DNA from: Eledone cirrhosa
Lineage: Eukaryota
NCBI GenBank assembly: GCA_964016885.1
Contig: OZ024763.1
Coordinates: 20,770,001-20,834,000 of the forward strand
DNA: 64,000 bases
Reading direction: 5' to 3'
Positions within the stretch are counted from its first letter, which is position 1; each line of letters opens with the position of its first letter. Below, one piece after another: positions 52,790-64,000 of the stretch. The notes under the pieces are model-generated. The model was given only the letters and a program-made list of their open reading frames with translations. It made no database searches and had not been told where the DNA came from. The position numbers and the translations under genes were made by a program.

Positions 52790-53503
52790 TGTGGTGTGGT
52801 GTTTTCGGCGCGGACCTGTGATCCACATACTCGTACAAACAAAAAAAAAAACAAAAAAACAAAAAAAACTTTAGACAAAATATTTCACACATACCTACAC
52901 ACACATACACACAGACATACACAAAACAGACACATACATCAATTTAAATACAGACCTAGGCATTTAACGTATACGCAAACATAAGAGGAGAAAAAAGAAA
53001 AAAAGTATGTATGTGTATACGGAATGCAAAAATAAAGACAAAAGATGATGATGATGATGATGATGATAATATGAAAGCAAGCCAGAGACAGCCAGTCAGT
53101 AAAAGCCAGCCGTTGAAACCAGTCCTCAACAAACACAAACAGAAAAAAAAAAAAATACAAACATTTTAAAAAACTTCCCAAATGATCTTATTGCAGAGAA
53201 GTATTGTTTAGTTGGTGGTGTTACTAGCCATTACTGTATTGTGTGGTGTTTGCAAGCACTGTTGGGAGGGAGAGTGAGGTATACGATGAGAGAGAGGGTT
53301 GGTTAGTTAGTCGGCCTAAGTAAGTGTGAGGTTTGAGAAGAGTAAAGTGAGAAAAGTCAGTGATGACGATGAAGAACCTGGATCTTTGATCTTCGATTTT
53401 TTTTTTTTTTTTTTTTTTTTTTTATTTCTTCCAGCATATAAGTTTGTCTGGGTGTTTCTTCCACACAGTATGTTATATATATATATATGTATATGTATGT
53501 ATG

Positions 53504-53538
<35 letters not shown>

Positions 53539-54486
53539 GTATGTATATATATATATATATTATATATATGTATATATATATATATGTATATATATATATT
53601 TATATATATGTATATATATATATATGTATATATATATATTTATATATTTATATATATATATGTATATATATATATTTATATATATATATATTTATGTATA
53701 TATATTTATGTATATATATTTATATATTTATATATATATATATATATATATATACAAAATTTAGTACAGCATAATCGAAGCTCTGAGTGCAGCCAAGCTA
53801 ACGAATGCAATCGGGGTGTGCAGCTAAGCACTCAATAAGGTATATTACCTTAGAGTTATAACATTACGTTTAGACAGCTTTGCAAATGGAAAATATTCAA
53901 ATAAAATTAATACATCTGAACATCCATATATATATATATGGATGTTCAGATGTAATAATTTTATTTGAATATTTAATGAGATACCCAACAGACAGAGATA
54001 TCCAGTTCCGTATAAAGGTCGAACTGTATGTACGAGGAGACCTTAGGTGTGTGGGGGATGTAGTTGCATTTACGACATACACTGCAATCTCTACACCTCA
54101 CTGACACCCTAGCATGCACCCAACACCCATATTACCCACGTTTTGTATAAATATATGGAACGTGTGGGAGGGTGGGTGGGGCGAGACGCTTCTCATCTTT
54201 TTCTCTTTCCTTTTTAAACACCCCTCCCCCCTTCACTGTTCTGTCTCTCCTCAGTCATCTCTCTCTTTCTCTTTTTCACTCTTCCATCCTTTCTCTTCCT
54301 CTTTTTTTTTTAAACATCTCTCCTCCCCTTCACTCTTCATTTCATTTCTCTCCTCATATGTCTTTTGTCTCTTCCTTACTCTCTCTCTCTCTTACACTCT
54401 CTCTCTCTCCTCTTTCATCCTCTCCTTCCACAGAGCAATCAATTGAATGTTGTTGTCCACGGATACACACACACACACGCACATAT

Positions 54487-54520
<34 letters not shown>

Positions 54521-56126
54521 ATATATGTGTGTATATATACACACATGTATATATACATATACTCATATATATATATACATATATATACATACATATATAT
54601 GTGTGTGTGTGTGTGTGTGGGGTAATTGGGCAAGTGGTGGTGGGGGGGTGATGGTGGTAGTGGTGGTGGGGGGGGGGGGGGGACAGTCATCCGTTGTTGG
54701 ATCCCTTCAATCACTTCTCAAAAGAAAAGAAAAAACAAAACAAAACAATAAATGCAACAAAATAAAAAAAAAAATGAAATATAATTTGAGAACTTCAAAC
54801 CGAAAATGAACTGAAAGAAACTCATAGGGGTTTCGGTGGGTAGGGAAAGACCTTCTTTTGTGTGTGTCCGGGGTTTGGGTTGGGGGGAAGGGGGGAACCG
54901 TAGACAAAAAGAAAAACAAACAAACAAGTAAAACGAAGAAACATGAACAAATTATTTTGGAATGTTGCCATGTTTTGCCCTAGTTTTGTTTTGTTTCTCT
55001 CTCTCTTTCTTTCCATCTCTCTCTCTGTTTCCTAGAATATATCTTGGATTGACAGCATTGACAGTATAGAATATATATATGTGTGTATATATATGCATAT
55101 GCACATATATATACATGTGTATATATGTATATCATCCTCATACATATATATGTATATATACATATATATGTGTATATGTAGATATACATGTATTTATATG
55201 TGTGTGTGTATGTATGTATGTGTGTATATATATTTGAATATGTATATATATATTTATGTATGTGTGTATGTATGTATATATATATATATATTTGTGTGTG
55301 TGTATATATATATATATTTGTATATGTATATATGCTTTGTGTGTGTGTGTGTGTATATATATATTTGTATATGTATATATGTGTGTGTATAAATACATAT
55401 ATATGTATAAATGTGTGTGTGTGTGTGTATATATATATTTGTATATGTATGTACATTTATATGCATGTATATTTATATGTATATATATATATATGTATAC
55501 ACACACATGTATACATATAAATACACACACACACAGAAAATGCCATAAATCAACAAGAATACGAAATACACTTTCCTTAAGAACATCTTCTCCAAGACAA
55601 TAATTCTTTATCTTCTCCCCACCTCTCTCTATTTCTCGTATTTTTTTTCCCCTTTCTTTACCTGTTCTTTCTGAATTTTACATCCGGGGGAAAATAAAAG
55701 AAAAAATGAGATAAAAAAATTCAACAAACTAACTTACAAACACGAAGAAGAAAAAACACAAAAAAAAATAATCAGAAGTGGAAATTTTTGCATACCTACC
55801 TACATGAATTGGCTGTGATATTAAATTGCAAAAAAGCGAAAAAAAAACTTTAAAAGAAAAGAAGAAAAATGAGATATGGTGGAAAGATTATTAAAAAGAA
55901 ATATATGAAGAAAAAAAAACAAAACAAAACAAAAACTGAAATCAATGAAATAAAAATAGACTCAACATACAACAATTATAAAAAAAAACAGGACAGCAAA
56001 AAAAATAAGGAAAAAAATTTGAATAAATTTTAACATATACATATATATATATCATATATATATAAATATATATGTACCATATATATATAAATATATATAT
56101 CATATATATATACATATATATATATC

Positions 56127-56163
<37 letters not shown>

Positions 56164-56176
56164 ATATATAATATTG

Positions 56177-56186
56177 AATAAATAAA
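56177..56186 (+). terminator. Candidate polyadenylation signal of GIGYF (overlapping AATAAA x2)
   Basis: AATAAATAAA followed by GT/T-rich sequence at about 56220-56260, at the end of a TE-free A-rich stretch; earlier AATAAA hexamers also exist. Confidence 0.35.
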
Positions 56187-57189
56187 CCTAAACATTGAAC
56201 TTAACTCTTTCTCTCACTTACCTGTGTGTTCTAATTTGTTGATGTGATGTATTGTATTTGAAACAGGGGAGGTTTGTTTTTTATCGAAGGAGACATTAAA
56301 TTGTACTTCCTTTACTATCATTTGGAAGCATATATATATATATATGAAAGAGTTGGGACCCCTACGGCTGAGTTCTTGCCTGAAATGGCAAGAGGCCAGC
56401 CATCAGGGTTGTAACTTTGTCATATTACCACACTCTACTACCCCAAGTATCAAGTACTCTGGTAAGTAATTGTCTAAAAGGTTTTTACTGCATCCATTTT
56501 GATTTATATATTTATATATATAAAGTTTAATATAGAAATGGCTTCTACAGGATTAGAATTGTTTCCTTTGAAAGAAATCATTAGGAAAGCCATGATGTTT
56601 ACACTCTACTAATATATTGAGTACCTTACTTACTCTGGTTACCCTCGATTGAACCCGGAACTCACAAAGCTTATATATATGTAAAAGATAATCAGAAATA
56701 AAAAAGCTAATGGCACAAATATTAGTTTAACGCTTGAAATAGTAGGAAAAGAATCTTAACATTTCGGACACTAATCTCTCATCAGAGGATAGTTAGAAAT
56801 AGTAAGTTATAAAGTGAGAAAAGGAAAGAACGGGGCAAGAAAAAAAAAACATGAACCTGGGACTCATTTATATATATATATGTGTATATCATAATTTATG
56901 TGTACTAACTAATCAAGGAGGAGAGATAGATTAGTTAAGAGAACTATATGTCAGTAGTGAGGGAGACAGTGTGCTCAATGCATATTAGATATAAGGTAAG
57001 TGAACAATGTAAGTAAGCAAGAGAAATGTTAAACAAAAAGTGTATAAGCAGAGCTTTAATACAGAAATTAAATGTTAGAGAAAACAGCAAATTCTTGAAC
57101 AAATATATTTAATGGCTTACAATTGTTTAAAAATCCAGCACATACAGATGAAAATTGTTGATTGTATAATTGATAAGAGCAAATGATAA

Positions 57190-57312
57190 TATCTATCTAT
57201 CTAGGGCGGGTAAAATTCCCAAGATCCATGGACAAGTGGTCTTTGTCCCTCATCATCGCTGCTATGTCCTGCGTCTCCAAGAGACCGGTGTCTGTCCTTA
57301 GGGCGTCAATGA
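57190..57312 (-). mobile_element. RTE/RTE-X-like LINE 3' tip
   Basis: IDALRTDTGLLETQDIAAMMRD; homologous to 46396-46515. Confidence 0.6.
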
Positions 57313-57428
57313 TAATATATAATGAAATAATGCTTCCTTCCTTCATATGTTGACTGGTATGCTTGGTGTTTTAACATTTGTTGTAGTCCCTATCTTCAGT
57401 GACATTTTGGGCTCTGAAGATGTCATAA

Positions 57429-57611
57429 CCCCTTAAGCATTTAAACCTGCCATATCCGGCCAGAATTCTCTCACCTCTTTCTGTTCAAACTGGCTGTAAC
57501 TAGCCACTCATACTTATGTGAAGGCATTGTTCTCAAAATGAATAATATCAAAATCTCATAGATTTGATATTATGTGAGGTAAAGTCTTTACTGTGAAAAT
57601 ATAATAAAGGG
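57429..57611 (-). mobile_element. TTAA MITE copy
   Basis: Reverse copy of 51377-51572. Confidence 0.75.
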
Positions 57612-59088
57612 TTAAAGGGAACAAAAAAAGGAAATTAAATATGTATCACGCTACAAAAGGATGATCGACTTCGAGATCCTCTCTCTCTCATAGATTTTAC
57701 ATTAGAACAAAGAGTTTCTGGTAAGTGACTACAAGAACATAGAGGTGATTTTCTATAGGTAAACCGATACAAAAGAGAATGAAGAATGGACAGACAATTG
57801 AACAAGGTGAAGAGTTAAAGCAAGGTAAATGAAAGGTTGACGAAATATATGCGTAAAGTTGACCTTTCAGGTTAAAATCCTTCATCTAAGAATGAAAAAG
57901 TGTTAAAACAATATGTTAAAGACCATATACCTCTTATAATGCTCCACTCAAATATGTATGTGTGTATACAAACATATATATATACCCATGTATATGTATG
58001 TGTGTGTATATATATATATATATATATAATGCAAACAAGGTATTAAATAACAAACGCACAAAATTAAATGTATCTTTACTTTATTTTCAGGCGAACATAA
58101 CACGTACTCGTGTGTGTGTATATATATATATATATATACACACGCACACACATATACATCATAATAAAGCACGCGCGCACACATAATAGTAAATCACACA
58201 CGCAAACACAATAATAATATAGCACACATACATATACACGTGTATATCTGTATAGGGTAGAAATAGTAACTAAACCCCACTGAAATCATACAACTTTACG
58301 TCTCATAAAATGCTAGAAAATGTAGTGAAATCTTCCTCAAATCCTGTAAAATGTTAGAAATAACAGCTAATCTCCCTCTATTTTAAATGATTACATTACA
58401 TATTTTAAGGCGTACATTACACACACATTCATATATCATAGTGTGTATGTATGTATGTGTGTGTGTATGTATGTATATATGTATGTAGATGTGTATGTAT
58501 GTGGGTATGCATGTCTGTGAGCATGAATGTATATGGGTAAGTATGTCTGTATGTCTGTGAGAGTATATATATATCGAAGGAAGTGTGGACCATAACGCAC
58601 CAGAGTACTCGATACTTTGGGTAGTAGAGTGGGTAATAGGAAAACGGTCAGGACACCGACGGACCGAGGAAACAATGTTTCCATTGGTCTATCCAATTGC
58701 TAATACTGTCTATCGGTCGCAACTCCAACAACGCATTGCCCGTACAAGTAATCTATATCAACACACATTCCCCCTAAATACAAAAGCATAGTTTCAATGG
58801 GAGCTCCTGTATGCTAGACTCCTTATACTCAGCCACCCCCCTCTCTCAGCTCTGCCATGCTTGACCTTCCTCTACTGCAGCTTCCTTCCACTGCATGTTA
58901 CATTTGATTCCTCTTATATTCGGTATATATATATATATATATATGTGTGTGAATTATATATATATAGTAACAATAACAATATTTATATTTAATATATATA
59001 AATAAATGTAAATATGGAGGGTAGTACTAAGTACTCATTTATTTGTGTATATATATATATATGTGTATATATATATATTTGTGTATAT

Positions 59089-60288
59089 AGAGGGACTAGA
59101 GAGAAAGGGCCTCAAAGTCAACATGACAAAGACTAAGGTCCTTATAAGTAGACGAGAAAACAGAACCCAGATCCCCTCAGGGAAATGGCCTTGCTCAGTA
59201 TGTAGGAAAGGTGTAGGTAGGAACTCCATTCTTTGCCCCAAATGCAAACAATGGGTACACAAGAGATGTAGCGGGATCTCAGGAAGCTTAATTAAGAATG
59301 TAGGATTCACATGCAGCAGCTGTGCTGAAACAGCAAGCAAACAGCCACAGGAAACAAGTACCACCAATCTCTGGGAGGGCCCTGTAGAAACAGTAGACAG
59401 CTTCTGCTACCTAGGTGACCGAATTAGCAACGGAGGTGGGTGCTCAGAAAGTACAATAACTAGGGTAAGAACGGGATGGAAGAAGTTTAGGGAACTACTA
59501 CCACTGCTAGCTGCAAAAGGCTTCTCCCTCAGAATGAAAGGCAGACTGTATGATGCGTGTATCCGAACAGCGATGTTGCATGGTAGTGAGACCTGGGCGC
59601 TGAAGGTGGAAGACTTACGTAGATTAGAGAGAAACGAAGCCTGCATGCTCCGATGGATGTGTAACAGTAATATACGTGAACGACAAAGCATAAATGAATT
59701 GAGAGAGAGACTGAGCATAAGAGGAATCAAATGCTGCGTGCAGGAGAGGCGGTTACGCTGGTATGGACATGTGATGCGTATGAAGGACGACAGCTGCATA
59801 AAAAGGTGCAGAGCACTAGAAGTTGATGGAAACCGCGGAGTGGGGAGACCCAAGATGACTTGGGATGAGGTGATAAAAGCCGACCTTACCCAACTACACC
59901 TCTCAAAGTCAATGACACACGACCGTGACTTCTGGCGTCACGCAGTAATACAGGGTACCCGACCTCCCATGGGTACATGCTGAAGCATATAAACAATATG
60001 CCCCCCCCCCCCCACACACCGCAAGGTGGTCGTGGAGGTGCCACGGCAAAAAAGCACCCAGCCCACACTGTAAAGTGGACGTGTAGGCGCCACGAAAAAG
60101 CACCCAGCACTCACTGTAAATGAGGTTGGTGTTAGGAAGGGCATCCAGCTGTAGAAATCAAGCCAGATCAGTTCCTGTATGAGCAAGGCATGGTCAGCCG
60201 ACCAGACACTGCCCACAACAGGACAACCCGTCTAACCCATGCTAGCGTGGAAGAACGGACGTAAAACGGTGATGATGATGATGATGAT
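59089..60288 (+). mobile_element. RTE subfamily C, 5'-truncated
   Basis: Open RT C-terminal frame to 59983; 3' UTR of about 290 bp with two 49-bp-type units; (GAT)n tail. Confidence 0.93.
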
Positions 60289-60295
60289 GTATAGG

Positions 60296-60902
60296 AGATC
60301 AGATTAGCATGGGAGGAGGGTGTTCCGAGGCCATAGTATCTAGAATAAGGACGGGTTGGAAGAAGTTTAGGGAGCTGCTTCCTCTGTTGACGAAGAAGGG
60401 TTTCTCCTTGCGTACGAAAGGCCGGTTGTATGATGCCTGTGTGAGGAGCGCTATGCTGCATGGTAGTGAGACATGGGCAGCAACCGCAGAGGATATGCGA
60501 CGGCTGGAGAGAAATGAGGCAAGCATGCTCCGTTGGATGTGCAGTGTAAATGTGCGTGAACGACCCAGCATAAATGTGTTGAGAGAGAAACTGTGTCTGA
60601 GAGGGATAGAATGTAGTGTACGGGAGAGGAGACTGAGGTGGTATGGACATGTGATGCGCATGGAGGATGACCGATGGGTGAAGAAGTGCCAGGAAATGCC
60701 AGTTGAAGGAAGACGTGGTAGAGGTAGACCACGAAAAACATGGGCGGAGGTGGTGAGAACAGACCTCAGATCATTGAAGCTCACGGTGGAGATGACGAGG
60801 GACCGTGACGAGTGGAGAGATGCTGTGCTGAATAAGACCCGTCCCACCCTTGCAAGCAGGGAAGAGCGGACGTAAAATGATGATGATGATGATGATGATG
60901 AT
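60296..60902 (+). mobile_element. RTE subfamily A, 5'-truncated, directly behind the subfamily C tail
   Basis: ORF 60309-60875 nearly identical to 21378-21944. Confidence 0.93.
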
Positions 60903-61647
60903 GTGTGTGTGTGTGTGTGCTGTCGAAATAGCCAGTCTCTTTTCCTACATGTGTGTGTGTGTGTGTGTTATATATGTGTGTGGTAGTGTCTTTCTTTTCA
61001 ACTTGGAAAACTAAAATGATTGATAGACAACCATATTCTCCAAATACTTTTTCATATAGTCAAACCAGCTCCCCTCATGCTAGTAATAGCAGCAAATCTA
61101 CCTCTGCTAGATTTCATTAAGAAAGTTATGATGGAAAATAAATTGTTTCACCTAATTTTTAGCAAGTTAAGTTCGTAACTACAAAATTTTTAGGAACCGA
61201 CGTCGCTGGATTGTCAAAGTCCAGGTAGCTGTTGCAGCATGGGATACATACTTACACATCCACATACATATACATAACAACATACATATACATAGCAACA
61301 TACATATGCACACCCATATAGATACTCTCACATACATACATACCAACATAGTACATAGTCAGACATGCATATACACACATACTCACATGCATATGCATAC
61401 ATACTTACCCACATACATACTCACACATGTACACCCACATATAGATACTCACACATACGTACATACTCAGAGATGCATATATACACACACACTTGTATAT
61501 GTGTGTGTGATGAAGAGAGATTCAGTCATCGAATTATCGTCTGCTTTCAATCAATTTGATTACCAGACATACAGAATATTAATAAATATAAAAAAACAAA
61601 TTCCAGAGAAGCCACCACGATAGGAATTGTATATATATGTACACACA

Positions 61648-61782
61648 TCCAACTGTAGAAAACCTGCCAGACAGTCCTATGCGAGCAAGACAATCACTCT
61701 TGCCTCAAGTGGGACCCCCATCCAAACCCATGCAAGCGTGGAACACGGACGTTAAACGTTGATGATGATGATGATGATGATG
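61648..61782 (+). mobile_element. RTE subfamily B tail-only insertion
   Basis: Matches 50028-50160. Confidence 0.85.
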
Positions 61783-62648
61783 ACACACATATATATATAC
61801 ACTATTGTATTTTTATATGTCACTGTTGTGTGTGTATGTACTATTATGTATCATCATCACCGTTTTACGTCCGTTCTTCCACGCTAGCATGGGTTAGACT
61901 ATGTATGTGTATATTTATATACACACACACAGACTGAATATATATGTGTGTAGGTATATGTAGTATTATAAAAGTGTGTGTGTAATGTTCGCATGAAAAT
62001 ATATTGGAAATATGTAATTTAATCATATTTATTGTAATTTAAAATATTCTAGCAATTATTTCTAGCATTTTACAAGATGTCAGGGATCAGGATTTGAGGG
62101 AGATTTCACTATTATTTTTACCTTTAATAAAAACATACAGGGACACATATATGTGCAAATGTGTATCGTCTGCCTTTAATCAAATTAATTAACGAGCGAG
62201 ATAATCACCGGTGTGTAAACATACACATTTATAAATACGTGTGTTTACATTATTGTGTGTATATGTAATGTTCGTTTGAAAATAAAACGAAAATACGTGT
62301 GTTTTATTATCAATAAAAGTATTCAAAAGAGATTTTGGCTGATATTTCTAGCATGTTACAAGATGTCAGGGTGTAAACAACTGTATAATACACACATAAT
62401 GATAAATGCACACACATCTGTACAAATATATATACATACACAGATGTATATATGGGAGCTTCTCTGTCTCAAATTATCGTCTGTTTTCAGTGAATTTAAT
62501 TAATACTTAAATAAACAGAGACACGAAAGGAATATATGTGTGTGTATGTGTATGTACTGTTATATATGTAAGTGTGTGTATGTTCTATTATATATGTAAG
62601 TGTGTGCATGTGTGTATTACATATGTACGTGTGTGCGTCTGTGTCTAC

Positions 62649-63461
62649 GCTAAAGGGTTCTCCCTAAAAATGAAAGGCAGGCTGTATGATGCCTGCATAC
62701 GAACAGCAATGTTGCATGGCAGTGAGACCTGGGCATTGTGTGCAGACGATATACGTAGACTAGAGAGGAACGAAGCTTGCATGCTCCGCTGGATGTGTAA
62801 TAGTAATATACGCGAACGGCAAAGCATAAACGAACTAAGGGAAAAATTAGAAATAAGAGGGATCAGATGTTGTTTACTCGAGAGAAGGCTACGTTGGTAT
62901 GGTCACGTGATGCGCATGAAAGACGACAGCTGTATAAAAAAGTGCAGGGCAATAAAGATAGACGGTAGCCACGGAGTAGGCAGACCCAGAAAAACCTGGG
63001 ACGACCTGATAAACTCCGACCTCACACACTTACACCTCTCCAAGACAATGTCACTGGACCGAGATCTTTGGCGGTACTCAGTAATAGAGAAGACCCGCCT
63101 TACCTAAATACAAAGTAAAACCTACTAGTCAGTAGGCATCTCTAACAAAATACACCCCACCCCTTTCAATGTAAAGTTATGTTGGTGCCACAACATCCAG
63201 GCCGAAACAAATGAGATCGTGTAGGTGTCACGACAAAAAAACACACAGTCCACGCTGTAATGTGGCCGTGTAGGCAACATGGTAAAAACCTCCCAGTCCC
63301 ACACTGTAAATGTGGTTGGTGTTAGGAAGGGCATCCAGCTGTAGAAAACCCGCCAGACAGTCCTATGTGAGCAAGACAACCACTCTTGCCTCAAGTGGGA
63401 AAACTCCCGTCCAAACCCATGCAAGCGTGGAACATGGACGTTAAACGATGATGATGATGAT
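62649..63461 (+). mobile_element. RTE subfamily B, 5'-truncated
   Basis: ORF ends IEKTRLT at 63107; full 3' UTR; (GAT)n tail. Confidence 0.93.
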
Positions 63462-64000
63462 GTATGGAAAATAGACGTTAAACTGTGATAATCTGTCTGG
63501 AATTTCTTCTACTGTTTCTGATATATGGACAAGAATATCAGCATACAGGAGTTTCCATGAGGAACTAGGTATGTCTTAGAGGAGTATAATAACCATGAGG
63601 GGATGAAGAGTTAGACGACAGGTTGTTGCAGTTTTCGTCTAGCAAGTTCCATTCACAATGTATTAATCAACAGGAGTCTCTAGCAGAAGATACTTGTCAA
63701 AGGTCCCACAGTCATCTGGTTGCCATGTAAACTCCTTATCTCGACAGCAATGTCTGTGTCGACATACACACAAATATATATGTAAAGGATTCACTAAACA
63801 CCCGTTTTGTAATGGACTTGGTTGTATGTTGTGTTGTGTTCTTGAGCAAAACAATACATTTCACGTTGCTCCAGTATATTCAGCTGAAAATGAGTACTAG
63901 TAATAGCTGGGGATTTAATCCTGCAATGGACTGGTGTCCTGTCCAAGGAGGAGTTTCTGTACTCTCAGTCACTTAACACCTCGAAAACCTGGATAAACAC

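Noticed and set aside
53326-55603. YI/CV/HT-rich ORFs
   Set aside because: Translations of dinucleotide microsatellites
58585-58791. Short non-repetitive ORF downstream of the gene
   Set aside because: No recognisable motif or splice context; could be an old TE fragment but cannot be supported

Overview
Eukaryotic, microsatellite-rich animal DNA. The repeat landscape suggests an octopus or related cephalopod, but that is inference. The + strand carries the 3' part of a GIGYF1/2-family gene (GRB10-interacting GYF protein). Seventeen phase-compatible GT-AG exons run from the end of the GYF domain (1-54) to the stop at 52789, about 993 codons, followed by a probable long 3' UTR. The introns and downstream flank contain three RTE-clade LINE subfamilies, two tRNA-derived SINE families, a TTAA/piggyBac-type MITE family, CR1, CRE and RTE-like relics, and several tandem arrays (49 bp, 27 bp, and a 15-kb 56-bp satellite). 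The most notable observations are: (1) a C4HC3 PHD-like finger inserted inside the RT domain of all three RTE subfamilies; (2) several type I hammerhead-ribozyme motifs, two in a small direct/inverted-repeat element family; (3) tandem arrays that repeatedly abut splice sites and appear to be amplified from them; (4) a minisatellite derived from a LINE 3' UTR; (5) a chimeric SINE with parts from two LINE subfamilies. All calls were made by eye, with no database searches.
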